The notes below the pieces were generated by a model that saw only the letters and a program-made list of their open reading frames with translations, was not told where the DNA came from and searched no databases. A stretch of DNA of 64,000 nt from Escherichia coli. GTDB lineage: Bacteria; Pseudomonadota; Gammaproteobacteria; Enterobacterales; Enterobacteriaceae. Both the position numbers and the translations under genes were made by a program. Positions 33,304 to 45,946 of this stretch are shown here, one piece after another. Location of the stretch: assembly GCF_029227855.1 (NCBI RefSeq), contig NZ_CP074356.1, one strand, 5' to 3'. Numbering within the stretch: the stretch's first letter is position 1; each line of letters begins with the position of its first letter.

Positions 33304-34344
33304 TTGAACATAGACACTCGCGAAATCACCCTGGAGCCAGCAGACAATGCGCGTCTGTTGAGCCTGTGCGGCCCGTTTGATGACAACATCAAACAGCTCG
33401 AACGCCGTCTCGGCATCGAGATCAATCGCCGCGATAACCACTTTAAACTGACCGGCCGTCCGATTTGCGTCACCGCTGCGGCAGACATTCTGCGTAGCCT
33501 GTATGTCGATACAGCCCCGATGCGCGGTCAGATTCAGGATATCGAACCGGAACAGATCCACCTTGCGATTAAAGAAGCGCGGGTACTGGAGCAAAGCGCG
33601 GAGAGCGTGCCGGAGTACGGCAAAGCGGTCAATATCAAAACCAAACGCGGCGTAATCAAGCCGCGCACGCCAAACCAGGCGCAGTACATTGCCAATATTC
33701 TCGACCATGACATCACCTTCGGCGTTGGCCCGGCGGGTACGGGTAAAACCTACCTGGCAGTGGCTGCGGCAGTTGATGCCCTGGAGCGTCAGGAAATTCG
33801 CCGTATTCTGCTGACTCGTCCGGCGGTCGAAGCCGGTGAGAAACTGGGCTTCCTGCCTGGCGATTTAAGCCAGAAAGTAGACCCGTATCTGCGCCCACTG
33901 TACGACGCGCTGTTTGAAATGCTGGGCTTTGAGAAAGTCGAGAAACTGATTGAGCGCAACGTTATTGAAGTCGCGCCGCTGGCCTATATGCGTGGTCGTA
34001 CGCTGAACGACGCGTTTATCATTCTCGATGAGAGCCAGAACACCACCATCGAACAGATGAAGATGTTCCTGACCCGTATCGGTTTTAACTCAAAAGCGGT
34101 TATCACCGGCGACGTCACACAGATCGACCTGCCGCGTAATACCAAGTCAGGCTTGCGTCACGCCATCGAAGTGCTGGCTGACGTCGAAGAGATCAGCTTT
34201 AACTTCTTCCACAGCGAAGACGTGGTTCGTCACCCGGTGGTGGCGCGTATCGTTAACGCTTATGAAGCCTGGGAAGAAGCAGAACAAAAACGTAAAGCGG
34301 CGCTGGCAGCAGAACGCAAGCGCGAAGAACAGGAACAAAAATGA
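33304..34344 (+). CDS. ybeZ: PhoH-like ATPase YbeZ (346 aa), TTG start
   Basis: ORF 33265..34344; TTG at 33304 preceded by RBS aagagg gives [28 protein letters not shown]... and the 346-aa K-12 length; Walker A GPAGTGKT. Confidence 0.9.
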
Positions 34345-34808
34345 GTCAGGTGATCCTCGATTTACAACTGGCATGTGAAGATAATTCCGGGTTACCGGAA
34401 GAGAGCCAGTTTCAAACATGGCTGAATGCGGTGATCCCGCAGTTTCAGGAAGAGTCGGAAGTGACTATTCGCGTGGTCGATACCGCCGAAAGCCACAGTC
34501 TGAATCTGACCTATCGCGGTAAGGATAAGCCGACCAACGTGCTCTCCTTCCCGTTTGAAGTGCCGCCTGGAATGGAGATGTCGCTACTGGGCGATCTGGT
34601 TATCTGCCGTCAGGTGGTTGAGAAGGAAGCACAGGAGCAAGGCAAACCACTGGAGGCGCACTGGGCGCATATGGTGGTGCACGGCAGTCTGCATTTGTTA
34701 GGTTACGATCACATCGAAGATGACGAAGCAGAAGAAATGGAAGCCCTCGAAACAGAGATTATGCTTGCTCTGGGCTATGAGGATCCGTACATTGCCGAGA
34801 AAGAATAA
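34341..34808 (+). CDS. ybeY: Endoribonuclease YbeY, 16S rRNA maturation (155 aa)
   Basis: ORF track 155 aa with metal-binding [11 protein letters not shown] motif; start overlaps ybeZ stop. Confidence 0.96.
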
Positions 34809-34897
34809 TTTGCCAGGCATTTGACTGGCAGATGTCCCCGCCGTTGGTGATTAACGACGGCGTTTTGATTAACTAACATGAGAACCCATACGACGCC

Positions 34898-35776
34898 ATG
34901 AGCGACGACAATTCACACAGTAGTGACACGATAAGCAACAAGAAGGGATTTTTCTCCCTGTTACTCAGCCAACTTTTCCACGGTGAACCGAAAAACCGTG
35001 ACGAACTGCTGGCGCTGATCCGTGATTCCGGGCAGAACGACCTTATCGACGAAGATACGCGCGATATGCTCGAAGGGGTGATGGACATCGCAGACCAACG
35101 CGTTCGCGACATCATGATCCCCCGCTCCCAGATGATTACCCTGAAACGCAACCAGACGCTGGACGAATGCCTTGATGTCATCATCGAGTCCGCCCACTCA
35201 CGTTTCCCGGTGATTAGCGAAGACAAAGATCACATTGAAGGGATTCTGATGGCGAAAGACTTGCTGCCGTTTATGCGCAGCGATGCTGAAGCCTTCAGCA
35301 TGGACAAAGTGTTACGTCAGGCGGTTGTCGTTCCTGAAAGTAAGCGCGTAGACCGGATGCTGAAAGAGTTTCGCTCTCAGCGTTACCACATGGCGATCGT
35401 CATTGACGAATTCGGTGGGGTTTCCGGTCTGGTGACCATTGAAGACATCCTGGAACTGATTGTTGGTGAGATTGAAGACGAGTATGACGAAGAAGATGAT
35501 ATCGACTTCCGTCAGCTGAGTCGTCATACCTGGACCGTGCGCGCACTGGCTTCCATTGAAGACTTCAACGAAGCGTTCGGCACCCACTTTAGCGATGAAG
35601 AGGTTGACACTATCGGTGGTCTGGTGATGCAGGCATTTGGGCATCTTCCGGCGCGTGGCGAAACCATCGACATCGACGGTTACCAGTTCAAAGTGGCGAT
35701 GGCTGACAGTCGGCGTATTATTCAGGTTCATGTCAAAATCCCGGATGACTCACCCCAGCCGAAGCTGGATGAATAA
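34898..35776 (+). CDS. corC: Mg2+/Co2+ efflux-associated CBS-domain protein CorC (292 aa)
   Basis: ORF track 292 aa [43 protein letters not shown]... Confidence 0.93.
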   Translation: MSDDNSHSSDTISNKKGFFSLLLSQLFHGEPKNRDELLALIRDSGQNDLIDEDTRDMLEGVMDIADQRVRDIMIPRSQMITLKRNQTLDECLDVIIESAHSRFPVISEDKDHIEGILMAKDLLPFMRSDAEAFSMDKVLRQAVVVPESKRVDRMLKEFRSQRYHMAIVIDEFGGVSGLVTIEDILELIVGEIEDEYDEEDDIDFRQLSRHTWTVRALASIEDFNEAFGTHFSDEEVDTIGGLVMQAFGHLPARGETIDIDGYQFKVAMADSRRIIQVHVKIPDDSPQPKLDE

Positions 35777-35800
35777 AACCGAAACTGGATAGATAACTAC

Positions 35801-37339
35801 ATGGCTTTTGCCTCATTAATTGAACGCCAGCGCATTCGCCTGCTGCTGGCGTTATTATTCGGTGCCTGCGGAACGCTGGCCTTCTCTCCTTACGACGTCT
35901 GGTCTGCGGCGATTATTTCGCTGATGGGGCTTCAGGCGCTGACCTTTAACCGCCGTCCACTCCAGTCTGCCGCTATTGGCTTTTGCTGGGGATTTGGCCT
36001 CTTTGGCAGCGGTATTAACTGGGTCTATGTCAGCATCGCGACTTTTGGCGGAATGCCTGGCCCGGTTAACATCTTCCTGGTGGTACTGCTGGCGGCGTAT
36101 TTGTCGCTGTATACCGGATTATTTGCTGGCGTGCTGTCGCGTCTGTGGCCGAAAACCACCTGGCTGCGCGTGGCTATTGCCGCCCCTGCTCTCTGGCAAG
36201 TGACCGAGTTTCTGCGCGGTTGGGTGCTGACTGGTTTCCCGTGGTTACAGTTCGGCTATAGCCAGATTGATGGCCCGTTAAAAGGGCTGGCACCGATAAT
36301 GGGCGTGGAAGCCATTAACTTCCTGCTAATGATGGTTAGCGGCCTGCTGGCACTGGCGTTGGTCAAACGCAACTGGCGTCCGATGGTGGTGGCCGTCGTG
36401 CTGTTCGCCCTTCCCTTCCCGCTGCGTTACATCCAGTGGTTTACCCCGCAACCGGAGAAAACCATTCAGGTTTCGATGGTTCAGGGCGATATTCCGCAAT
36501 CGCTGAAGTGGGACGAAAGCCAGCTTCTTAATACGCTGAAAATTTATTACAACGCGACGGCACCGCTGATGGGCAAATCGTCGCTGATTATCTGGCCGGA
36601 GTCGGCGATAACCGATCTGGAAATTAATCAGCAACCGTTCCTCAAAGCACTGGACGGTGAGTTGCGCGATAAAGGTAGCTCGCTGGTCACCGGGATTGTC
36701 GACGCGCGTCTCAATAAGCAGAACCGCTACGATACCTACAACACCATCATCACGCTGGGGAAAGGTGCGCCGTACAGCTACGAATCAGCCGATCGCTATA
36801 ACAAAAACCATCTGGTGCCGTTTGGCGAGTTTGTCCCGCTGGAGTCGATTCTGCGTCCGTTAGCGCCGTTCTTTGATCTGCCGATGTCGTCGTTCAGCCG
36901 TGGGCCATATATCCAGCCGCTGCTGTCGGTAAACGGTATTGAGCTTACTGCGGCTATTTGCTACGAGATCATTCTTGGCGAGCAAGTGCGTGATAACTTC
37001 CGCCCGGATACCGACTACCTGCTGACTATCTCCAACGATGCGTGGTTTGGTAAATCTATTGGTCCATGGCAACACTTCCAGATGGCGCGAATGCGTGCGC
37101 TGGAGTTGGCGCGCCCGCTACTGCGCAGCACCAATAACGGCATTACGGCGGTGATTGGCCCGCAGGGTGAGATTCAGGCGATGATCCCGCAATTCACCCG
37201 CGAAGTATTAACCACTAACGTGACGCCGACTACCGGACTCACACCGTACGCACGTACCGGCAACTGGCCGCTGTGGGTACTGACGGCATTGTTTGGTTTT
37301 GCTGCTGTGCTGATGAGCCTGCGTCAACGACGTAAATAA
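35801..37339 (+). CDS. lnt: Apolipoprotein N-acyltransferase (512 aa)
   Basis: ORF track 512 aa [34 protein letters not shown]... Confidence 0.95.
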   Translation: MAFASLIERQRIRLLLALLFGACGTLAFSPYDVWSAAIISLMGLQALTFNRRPLQSAAIGFCWGFGLFGSGINWVYVSIATFGGMPGPVNIFLVVLLAAYLSLYTGLFAGVLSRLWPKTTWLRVAIAAPALWQVTEFLRGWVLTGFPWLQFGYSQIDGPLKGLAPIMGVEAINFLLMMVSGLLALALVKRNWRPMVVAVVLFALPFPLRYIQWFTPQPEKTIQVSMVQGDIPQSLKWDESQLLNTLKIYYNATAPLMGKSSLIIWPESAITDLEINQQPFLKALDGELRDKGSSLVTGIVDARLNKQNRYDTYNTIITLGKGAPYSYESADRYNKNHLVPFGEFVPLESILRPLAPFFDLPMSSFSRGPYIQPLLSVNGIELTAAICYEIILGEQVRDNFRPDTDYLLTISNDAWFGKSIGPWQHFQMARMRALELARPLLRSTNNGITAVIGPQGEIQAMIPQFTREVLTTNVTPTTGLTPYARTGNWPLWVLTALFGFAAVLMSLRQRRK

Positions 37340-37349
37340 TCCCTTCTTA

Positions 37350-37412
37350 TCGTGCCGGAATACATCCCGTATTTCGGCACGCTCACCGGATGCGGCATCA
37401 GTGCGTTATCCG
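37350..37412. repeat. REP-like palindromic element downstream of lnt
   Basis: gtgccggaatacatcccgtatttcggcac hairpin followed by ccggatgcggcatcagtgcgttatccgg. Confidence 0.5.
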
Positions 37413-37735
37413 GATAACAAAATTCCCCTATCCAACTTTGGCACATCTATTGCTTTGTTATACAAGGCAAAGCTTGAACCAGCATCAGTACAACCCGGTT
37501 GCACCACAGCAATCCACGGGTAGCACCAAAAGAGTGCATTTTAAGAATTTTGCTTCGGAATGGTGCGGCGCATCTCGCAAAAACAAACAATAAAACAGCA
37601 ATATCTTTACATTTAACCAAACTAAATGTTACCTAACAGGCACAACACTGCACAATAAAGTTGCAGACGATAACAACACAAACACTCACAACAGGTATCC
37701 ATGCGTTCTTAACGCAGAAGATAAAGGAGTTGGAT

Positions 37736-38644
37736 ATGCAATTACGTAAACCTGCCACAGCAATCCTCGCCCTGGCGCTTTCCGCAGGACTGGCACAGGC
37801 AGATGACGCCGTCCCGGCAGCAGGCAGTACGCTGGACAAAATCGCCAAAAACGGCGTGATTGTCGTCGGTCACCGTGAATCTTCAGTACCTTTCTCTTAT
37901 TACGACAATCAGCAAAAAGTGGTGGGTTACTCGCAGGATTACTCCAACGCCATTGTTGAAGCAGTGAAAAAGAAACTCAACAAACCGGACTTGCAGGTAA
38001 AACTGATTCCGATTACCTCACAAAACCGTATTCCACTGCTGCAAAACGGCACTTTCGATTTTGAATGTGGTTCTACCACCAACAACGTCGAACGCCAAAA
38101 ACAGGCGGCTTTCTCTGACACTATTTTCGTGGTCGGTACGCGCCTGCTGACCAAAAAGGGCGGCGATATCAAAGATTTCGCCGATCTGAAAGGTAAAGCC
38201 GTAGTCGTCACTTCCGGCACTACCTCTGAAGTTTTGCTCAACAAACTGAATGAAGAGCAAAAAATGAATATGCGAATTATCAGCGCCAAAGATCACGGTG
38301 ACTCTTTCCGCACCCTGGAAAGCGGTCGTGCCGTTGCCTTTATGATGGATGATGCTCTGCTGGCTGGTGAACGTGCGAAAGCGAAGAAACCAGACAACTG
38401 GGAAATCGTCGGCAAGCCGCAGTCTCAGGAAGCCTACGGTTGCATGTTGCGTAAAGACGATCCGCAGTTCAAAAAGCTGATGGATGACACTATCGCTCAG
38501 GTGCAGACCTCCGGTGAAGCGGAAAAATGGTTTGATAAATGGTTCAAAAACCCAATTCCGCCGAAAAACCTGAACATGAATTTCGAACTGTCAGACGAAA
38601 TGAAAGCACTGTTCAAAGAACCGAATGACAAGGCACTGAACTAA
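37736..38644 (+). CDS. gltI: Glutamate/aspartate ABC transporter periplasmic binding protein (302 aa)
   Basis: ORF 37661..38644; start at MQLRKPATAILALALSAGLAQA (signal peptide) with RBS aaggag. Confidence 0.95.
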   Translation: MQLRKPATAILALALSAGLAQADDAVPAAGSTLDKIAKNGVIVVGHRESSVPFSYYDNQQKVVGYSQDYSNAIVEAVKKKLNKPDLQVKLIPITSQNRIPLLQNGTFDFECGSTTNNVERQKQAAFSDTIFVVGTRLLTKKGGDIKDFADLKGKAVVVTSGTTSEVLLNKLNEEQKMNMRIISAKDHGDSFRTLESGRAVAFMMDDALLAGERAKAKKPDNWEIVGKPQSQEAYGCMLRKDDPQFKKLMDDTIAQVQTSGEAEKWFDKWFKNPIPPKNLNMNFELSDEMKALFKEPNDKALN

Positions 38645-38800
38645 TTACAAGAACCAGGGGCGGAAATTCCAGCCCTCTCGATTGTTACGTAGCACGGACA
38701 GACTATACGCCTGATGGTCGTTCCCCATCGGGCCTGAAAACCGCAATACGCTGGGTAACAATCTTCGAGGGTAGCAGTTAACGCTGCTACCCTCTTTTTT
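38640..38800 (+). ncRNA. sroC: SroC small RNA, processed from the gltIJKL transcript (GcvB sponge); ends approximate
   Basis: About 160-nt gltI-gltJ spacer ending in an intrinsic terminator gagggtagcag-ttaacg-ctgctaccctc-tttttt at 38767-38800; this is where I recall sroC lying. Confidence 0.6.
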
Positions 38801-38813
38801 CTGGAGTAGATTT

Positions 38814-39554
38814 ATGTCTATAGACTGGAACTGGGGTATTTTTTTACAACAAGCCCCGTTCGGCAACACCACCTATCTTGGTTGGATCTGGAGTGGTTTT
38901 CAGGTGACGATCGCTTTGTCGATCTGCGCCTGGATTATCGCTTTCCTCGTCGGTTCATTTTTCGGCATTTTACGTACCGTTCCAAACCGTTTTCTCTCCG
39001 GTCTGGGTACGTTGTATGTCGAACTGTTCCGCAACGTGCCGTTGATTGTGCAATTCTTTACCTGGTATCTGGTGATCCCGGAGCTGTTGCCGGAGAAAAT
39101 CGGCATGTGGTTTAAGGCCGAGCTGGATCCCAATATTCAGTTTTTCCTTTCATCCATGCTTTGCCTGGGGCTGTTTACCGCCGCCCGTGTTTGCGAACAG
39201 GTACGCGCCGCGATCCAGTCGCTGCCGCGTGGGCAGAAGAATGCCGCGCTGGCGATGGGTCTGACGCTGCCGCAGGCTTACCGCTATGTACTGTTGCCTA
39301 ATGCTTATCGCGTTATCGTCCCGCCGATGACCTCCGAGATGATGAACCTGGTGAAAAACTCCGCCATCGCCTCGACCATCGGTCTGGTGGATATGGCAGC
39401 GCAGGCCGGTAAATTGCTTGATTACTCAGCCCACGCCTGGGAGTCGTTTACCGCCATTACGCTTGCGTATGTGTTGATTAACGCTTTTATCATGCTGGTG
39501 ATGACGCTGGTTGAACGTAAAGTTCGCCTGCCCGGCAACATGGGGGGCAAATAA
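38814..39554 (+). CDS. gltJ: Glutamate/aspartate ABC transporter permease (246 aa)
   Basis: ORF track 246 aa [29 protein letters not shown]... Confidence 0.95.
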
Positions 39555-40228
39555 TGTACGAGTTTGACTGGAGTTCCATTGTCCCTTCCCTGCCATATCT
39601 GCTGGATGGGCTGGTGATCACCCTGAAAATCACCGTCACGGCAGTCGTGATTGGTATTTTGTGGGGCACCATGCTGGCGGTGATGCGCTTGTCCAGCTTT
39701 GCGCCCGTAGCGTGGTTTGCCAAAGCCTACGTTAACGTATTCCGCTCGATTCCTTTAGTTATGGTTTTGCTGTGGTTTTACCTGATTGTGCCGGGTTTTC
39801 TGCAAAACGTGCTGGGATTATCGCCAAAAAATGATATCCGTTTAATTTCGGCAATGGTGGCGTTTTCGATGTTTGAAGCGGCCTACTATTCAGAGATTAT
39901 CCGTGCCGGTATTCAAAGTATTTCCCGTGGTCAGTCGAGCGCCGCGCTGGCGTTGGGAATGACTCACTGGCAGTCGATGAAACTGATTATTCTGCCGCAG
40001 GCTTTCCGCGCGATGGTGCCGCTGCTGCTCACTCAGGGCATCGTACTGTTCCAGGATACCTCGCTGGTGTATGTGTTATCTCTGGCCGATTTCTTCCGTA
40101 CCGCCTCAACCATTGGTGAGCGTGATGGTACGCAGGTTGAGATGATCCTGTTTGCCGGATTTGTTTATTTCGTTATTAGCCTTAGCGCGTCGTTGTTGGT
40201 CAGCTACTTGAAAAGAAGGACAGCATAA
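39554..40228 (+). CDS. gltK: Glutamate/aspartate ABC transporter permease (224 aa)
   Basis: ORF track 224 aa; start overlaps gltJ stop. Confidence 0.95.
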
Positions 40229-40953
40229 TGATTACCCTGAAAAATGTTTCAAAATGGTATGGTCACTTTCAGGTGCTGACCGACTGCTCAACCGAAGTGA
40301 AAAAAGGCGAAGTGGTGGTGGTTTGCGGCCCGTCTGGTTCCGGTAAATCAACGCTGATTAAAACCGTCAACGGCCTCGAACCGGTGCAGCAAGGTGAAAT
40401 CACCGTCGATGGTATCGTGGTTAACGATAAGAAAACCGATCTGGCAAAGCTGCGTTCCCGCGTCGGGATGGTGTTCCAGCATTTCGAGTTGTTCCCCCAT
40501 TTGTCGATTATTGAAAACCTGACCCTGGCGCAGGTGAAAGTGCTAAAACGCGATAAAGCACCCGCTCGTGAAAAAGCATTGAAATTGCTGGAGCGCGTCG
40601 GGCTTTCCGCTCATGCCAATAAGTTTCCGGCGCAGCTTTCCGGCGGTCAGCAGCAGCGTGTGGCGATCGCTCGCGCATTGTGCATGGATCCTATTGCCAT
40701 GCTGTTCGACGAACCGACATCGGCGCTGGATCCGGAGATGATCAACGAAGTGCTGGACGTAATGGTCGAACTGGCGAATGAAGGAATGACCATGATGGTG
40801 GTGACCCACGAAATGGGCTTTGCCCGTAAAGTGGCGAATCGGGTGATCTTTATGGACGAGGGTAAAATTGTCGAAGACTCGCCGAAAGACGCTTTCTTCG
40901 ATGATCCGAAATCGGACCGCGCAAAAGACTTCCTCGCGAAAATCCTGCATTAA
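40228..40953 (+). CDS. gltL: Glutamate/aspartate ABC transporter ATP-binding protein (241 aa)
   Basis: ORF track 241 aa with Walker [10 protein letters not shown] and signature LSGGQQQR; start overlaps gltK stop. Confidence 0.95.
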   Translation: MITLKNVSKWYGHFQVLTDCSTEVKKGEVVVVCGPSGSGKSTLIKTVNGLEPVQQGEITVDGIVVNDKKTDLAKLRSRVGMVFQHFELFPHLSIIENLTLAQVKVLKRDKAPAREKALKLLERVGLSAHANKFPAQLSGGQQQRVAIARALCMDPIAMLFDEPTSALDPEMINEVLDVMVELANEGMTMMVVTHEMGFARKVANRVIFMDEGKIVEDSPKDAFFDDPKSDRAKDFLAKILH

Positions 40954-41070
40954 TCACTCTGGCGCGCATACCCAATTGCGCGCCATCTCACGCTTTATCG
41001 TTTCGCCCCTCGTATCTGTTACATCCTGGCGTTACCCTTGTCGCAAAGAAGCACACAACAAGGAGCAACA

Positions 41071-42006
41071 ATGGCACTGCCAATTCTGTTAGATTGCGAC
41101 CCAGGTCATGACGACGCTATCGCAATAGTTCTTGCCCTCGCCTCACCAGAGCTTGATATCAAAGCAATTACGTCTTCCGCCGGAAACCAGACTCCAGAAA
41201 AAACCTTACGCAATGTTCTGCGTATGCTGACCTTGCTTAATCGCACCGATATTCCGGTGGCAGGCGGCGCGGTAAAACCGTTAATGCGTGAGTTGATTAT
41301 CGCGGACAATGTGCACGGTGAAAGCGGTCTCGACGGCCCGGCATTACCGGAACCGACGTTCGCACCGCAAAACTGTACGGCGGTAGAGCTGATGGCGAAA
41401 ACGCTGCGTGAAAGTGCGGAACCTGTCACGATTGTTTCTACCGGGCCGCAAACTAACGTTGCCTTGCTGCTCAATAGCCATCCGGAACTGCATAGCAAAA
41501 TTGCCCGTATCGTGATTATGGGCGGCGCAATGGGGCTTGGTAACTGGACGCCTGCGGCTGAATTTAATATTTACGTTGACCCGGAAGCGGCAGAAATTGT
41601 CTTCCAGTCAAGGATCCCGGTGGTGATGGCCGGTCTGGATGTTACTCATAAAGCGCAAATCCACGTTGAAGACACCGAGCGTTTCCGCGCGATTGGCAAC
41701 CCTGTTTCAACCATTGTTGCCGAACTGCTGGATTTCTTCCTCGAATATCATAAAGACGAAAAATGGGGCTTTGTCGGCGCACCGCTGCATGACCCATGCA
41801 CCATCGCCTGGCTGTTAAAACCGGAGTTGTTTACCACTGTTGAGCGCTGGGTTGGCGTGGAAACACAAGGGAAATATACCCAGGGTATGACGGTTGTTGA
41901 TTATTATTATCTGACCGGCAATAAACCGAATGCCTCTGTAATGGTCGATGTTGATCGTCAGGGCTTTGTTGATTTACTGGCTGATCGTCTGAAATTTTAC
42001 GCTTAA
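41071..42006 (+). CDS. rihA: Pyrimidine-specific ribonucleoside hydrolase RihA (311 aa)
   Basis: ORF 41038..42006; start at [22 protein letters not shown] (DxDxxxDD nucleoside hydrolase motif) with RBS aggag. Confidence 0.93.
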   Translation: MALPILLDCDPGHDDAIAIVLALASPELDIKAITSSAGNQTPEKTLRNVLRMLTLLNRTDIPVAGGAVKPLMRELIIADNVHGESGLDGPALPEPTFAPQNCTAVELMAKTLRESAEPVTIVSTGPQTNVALLLNSHPELHSKIARIVIMGGAMGLGNWTPAAEFNIYVDPEAAEIVFQSRIPVVMAGLDVTHKAQIHVEDTERFRAIGNPVSTIVAELLDFFLEYHKDEKWGFVGAPLHDPCTIAWLLKPELFTTVERWVGVETQGKYTQGMTVVDYYYLTGNKPNASVMVDVDRQGFVDLLADRLKFYA

Positions 42007-42050
42007 TCACTCGCCGGATGACATCACGCCATCCGGCACCACTCATTTCA

Positions 42051-42533
42051 TTAAGGCTCGAACGGGCGTCTCTGGAACTGGTCATGACCACATTTCGGGC
42101 ATAGCGTCAGCACTTCCGGTGTATAGATCGGGAGATGGAAATGACATTTCTCGCAGACCAGATTACCCAGCCCTACCACTTCTCCGCTGTGATAAACCCC
42201 GTGATGATTGAGGTCCTGGAAAACTTCGCGCCATTCAAGCTGCGTTTTATCGGTGATGTCTGCCAGTTCCTGCCACAAGCTTTCTTTAATCACCCGCATA
42301 AAGACGCTGTCAGACTCTTCTTTCAGGCTCTCTTCATAGCTCATGGCGAACTCTTCCAGGTCACGTCTGACAGCTCGCGTCAGCTCATCGACTTCGGTTC
42401 GCGTTAACTCCCCTGTTTTTATTACGCGCTCGCGCGCCTGTTCCACCAGTGCGTCGATATCACGTTCGCCATTGCGCAGGCGTTCGCTCAGTGACGCGAC
42501 CAGTTCACGGTAATATTGAGCAACCTTGTTCAT
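42051..42533 (-). CDS. ybeL: DUF1451 zinc-ribbon protein YbeL (160 aa)
   Basis: ORF track 160 aa MNKVAQYYRELVASLSERLRNGERDIDALVEQARERV...; C-terminal CxxC...CxxC. Confidence 0.88.
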   Translation of the reverse strand: MNKVAQYYRELVASLSERLRNGERDIDALVEQARERVIKTGELTRTEVDELTRAVRRDLEEFAMSYEESLKEESDSVFMRVIKESLWQELADITDKTQLEWREVFQDLNHHGVYHSGEVVGLGNLVCEKCHFHLPIYTPEVLTLCPKCGHDQFQRRPFEP

Positions 42534-42767
42534 CGTTTCATCTCCCGGGTCGTTAACTGACTATAATAATAGACGTTCTTTGTTCCTTGCTTTGCTAATA
42601 CGCCCACAAACTCTGTAAATTAATGTATGAATAATCCGGGCATCATTTCAACGTCGAATGCGCGAAAGGCTGTTTTGACGCGGACGTTTGGGCTATGCTA
42701 TGCGGATCTGAAAAACCACCTCAACGCTACATTTGTAGCCGTATTGAAAACAGGACCACTGGCTGCC

Positions 42768-45350
42768 ATGCAAGAGCAATACCGCCCGGAAGAGATAGAA
42801 TCCAAAGTACAGCTTCATTGGGATGAGAAGCGCACATTTGAAGTAACCGAAGACGAGAGCAAAGAGAAGTATTACTGCCTGTCTATGCTTCCCTATCCTT
42901 CTGGTCGACTACACATGGGCCACGTACGTAACTACACCATTGGTGACGTGATCGCCCGCTACCAGCGTATGCTGGGCAAAAACGTCCTGCAGCCGATCGG
43001 CTGGGACGCGTTTGGTCTGCCTGCGGAAGGCGCGGCGGTGAAAAACAACACCGCACCGGCACCGTGGACGTACGACAACATCGCGTACATGAAAAACCAG
43101 CTCAAAATGCTGGGCTTTGGTTATGACTGGAGCCGCGAGCTGGCAACCTGTACACCGGAATACTACCGTTGGGAACAGAAATTCTTCACCGAGCTGTATA
43201 AAAAAGGCCTGGTATATAAGAAGACTTCTGCAGTCAACTGGTGCCCGAACGACCAGACCGTACTGGCGAACGAACAAGTTATCGACGGCTGCTGCTGGCG
43301 CTGCGATACCAAAGTTGAGCGTAAAGAGATCCCGCAATGGTTTATCAAAATCACCGCTTACGCTGACGAGCTGCTCAACGATCTGGATAAACTGGATCAC
43401 TGGCCAGACACCGTTAAAACCATGCAGCGTAACTGGATCGGTCGTTCCGAAGGCGTGGAAATCACCTTCAACGTTAACGACTATGACAACACGCTGACCG
43501 TTTACACTACCCGCCCGGACACCTTTATGGGTTGTACCTACCTGGCGGTAGCGGCGGGTCATCCGCTGGCGCAGAAAGCGGCGGAAAATAATCCTGAACT
43601 GGCGGCCTTTATTGACGAATGCCGTAACACCAAAGTTGCCGAAGCTGAAATGGCAACGATGGAGAAAAAAGGCGTCGATACTGGCTTTAAAGCGGTTCAC
43701 CCATTAACGGGCGAAGAAATTCCCGTTTGGGCAGCAAACTTCGTATTGATGGAGTACGGCACGGGCGCAGTTATGGCGGTTCCGGGTCACGACCAGCGCG
43801 ACTACGAGTTTGCCTCTAAATACGGCCTGAACATCAAACCGGTTATCCTGGCAGCTGACGGCTCTGAGCCAGATCTTTCTCAGCAAGCCCTGACTGAAAA
43901 AGGCGTTCTGTTCAACTCTGGCGAGTTCAACGGTCTTGACCATGAAGCGGCCTTCAACGCTATCGCCGATAAACTGACTGCGATGGGCGTTGGCGAGCGT
44001 AAAGTGAACTACCGTCTGCGCGACTGGGGTGTTTCCCGTCAACGTTACTGGGGCGCGCCGATTCCGATGGTGACGCTGGAAGACGGTACCGTAATGCCGA
44101 CCCCGGACGACCAGCTGCCGGTGATCCTGCCGGAAGATGTGGTGATGGACGGCATTACCAGCCCGATTAAAGCAGATCCGGAGTGGGCAAAAACTACCGT
44201 TAACGGTATGCCAGCACTGCGTGAAACCGACACTTTCGACACCTTTATGGAGTCCTCCTGGTACTATGCGCGCTACACTTGCCCGGAGTACAAAGAAGGT
44301 ATGCTGGATTCCAAAGCGGCTAACTACTGGCTGCCGGTGGATATCTACATTGGTGGTATCGAACACGCCATTATGCACCTGCTCTACTTCCGCTTCTTCC
44401 ACAAACTGATGCGTGATGCAGGTATGGTGAACTCTGACGAACCAGCGAAACAGTTGCTGTGTCAGGGTATGGTGCTGGCAGATGCCTTCTACTATGTTGG
44501 CGAAAACGGCGAACGTAACTGGGTTTCCCCGGTTGATGCTATCGTTGAACGTGACGAGAAAGGCCGTATCGTGAAAGCGAAAGATGCGGCTGGCCATGAA
44601 CTGGTTTATACCGGCATGAGCAAAATGTCCAAGTCGAAGAACAACGGTATCGACCCGCAGGTGATGGTTGAACGTTACGGCGCGGACACCGTTCGTCTGT
44701 TTATGATGTTTGCTTCTCCGGCTGATATGACTCTCGAATGGCAGGAATCCGGCGTGGAAGGGGCTAACCGCTTCCTGAAACGTGTCTGGAAACTGGTTTA
44801 CGAGCACACAGCGAAAGGTGATGTTGCGGCACTGAACGTTGATGCGCTGACTGAAGATCAGAAAGCGCTGCGTCGCGATGTGCATAAAACGATCGCTAAA
44901 GTGACCGATGATATCGGCCGTCGTCAGACCTTCAACACCGCAATTGCGGCGATTATGGAGCTGATGAACAAACTGGCGAAAGCACCGACCGATGGCGAGC
45001 AGGACCGCGCCCTGATGCAGGAAGCGCTGCTGGCGGTAGTCCGTATGCTTAACCCGTTCACCCCGCACATCTGCTTCACGCTGTGGCAGGAACTGAAAGG
45101 CGAAGGCGATATCGACAACGCACCGTGGCCGGTTGCTGACGAAAAAGCGATGGTGGAAGACTCCACGCTGGTCGTGGTGCAGGTTAACGGTAAAGTCCGT
45201 GCAAAAATCACCGTTCCGGTGGACGCAACGGAAGAACAGGTTCGCGAACGTGCTGGCCAGGAACATCTGGTAGCAAAATATCTTGATGGCGTTACCGTGC
45301 GTAAAGTGATTTACGTACCCGGTAAACTCCTCAATCTGGTCGTTGGCTAA
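42768..45350 (+). CDS. leuS: Leucyl-tRNA synthetase (860 aa)
   Basis: ORF 42627..45350; start at [26 protein letters not shown]...; HMGH and KMSKS motifs present. Confidence 0.97.
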   Translation: MQEQYRPEEIESKVQLHWDEKRTFEVTEDESKEKYYCLSMLPYPSGRLHMGHVRNYTIGDVIARYQRMLGKNVLQPIGWDAFGLPAEGAAVKNNTAPAPWTYDNIAYMKNQLKMLGFGYDWSRELATCTPEYYRWEQKFFTELYKKGLVYKKTSAVNWCPNDQTVLANEQVIDGCCWRCDTKVERKEIPQWFIKITAYADELLNDLDKLDHWPDTVKTMQRNWIGRSEGVEITFNVNDYDNTLTVYTTRPDTFMGCTYLAVAAGHPLAQKAAENNPELAAFIDECRNTKVAEAEMATMEKKGVDTGFKAVHPLTGEEIPVWAANFVLMEYGTGAVMAVPGHDQRDYEFASKYGLNIKPVILAADGSEPDLSQQALTEKGVLFNSGEFNGLDHEAAFNAIADKLTAMGVGERKVNYRLRDWGVSRQRYWGAPIPMVTLEDGTVMPTPDDQLPVILPEDVVMDGITSPIKADPEWAKTTVNGMPALRETDTFDTFMESSWYYARYTCPEYKEGMLDSKAANYWLPVDIYIGGIEHAIMHLLYFRFFHKLMRDAGMVNSDEPAKQLLCQGMVLADAFYYVGENGERNWVSPVDAIVERDEKGRIVKAKDAAGHELVYTGMSKMSKSKNNGIDPQVMVERYGADTVRLFMMFASPADMTLEWQESGVEGANRFLKRVWKLVYEHTAKGDVAALNVDALTEDQKALRRDVHKTIAKVTDDIGRRQTFNTAIAAIMELMNKLAKAPTDGEQDRALMQEALLAVVRMLNPFTPHICFTLWQELKGEGDIDNAPWPVADEKAMVEDSTLVVVQVNGKVRAKITVPVDATEEQVRERAGQEHLVAKYLDGVTVRKVIYVPGKLLNLVVG

Positions 45351-45364
45351 GCGCGGGAGGAAGC

Positions 45365-45946
45365 GTGCGATATCTGGCAACATTGTTGTTATCTCTGGCG
45401 GTGTTAATCACCGCCGGGTGTGGCTGGCATCTGCGTGATACCACGCAGGTTCCTTCCACTATGAAGGTCATGATCCTGGACTCAGGCGATCCGAACGGGC
45501 CATTAAGCCGTGCGGTGCGTAACCAGTTACGTCTGAATGGTGTCGAGTTGCTTGATAAAGAAACCACGCGTAAGGACGTTCCATCCCTGCGTTTGGGTAA
45601 AGTGAGCATCGCGAAAGATACCGCATCGGTATTCCGTAACGGTCAAACAGCAGAGTATCAGATGATCATGACGGTCAATGCGACCGTGTTGATCCCCGGC
45701 CGTGACATCTACCCGATTAGCGCCAAAGTCTTCCGTTCGTTCTTCGATAACCCGCAAATGGCGTTAGCGAAAGATAACGAACAAGACATGATCGTAAAAG
45801 AGATGTACGACCGTGCTGCCGAACAGCTGATTCGTAAGCTGCCAAGCATCCGTGCTGCGGATATTCGTTCCGACGAAGAACAGACGTCGACCACAACGGA
45901 TACTCCGGCAACGCCTGCACGCGTCTCTACCACGCTGGGTAACTGA
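45365..45946 (+). CDS. lptE: LPS-assembly lipoprotein LptE (193 aa), GTG start
   Basis: ORF track 193 aa [23 protein letters not shown]... with lipobox. Confidence 0.95.

Noticed and set aside
43704-45383. Long reverse-strand ORFs, for example 559 aa at 43704..45383, 308 aa at 21705..22631, 280 aa at 11871..12713 and 266 aa at 50219..51019.
   Set aside because: Each lies entirely antisense to a well-supported conserved gene (leuS, nagE, pgm, mrdA). Their translations are low-complexity and rich in Arg/His/Gln, as expected for shadow ORFs in GC-rich coding DNA.
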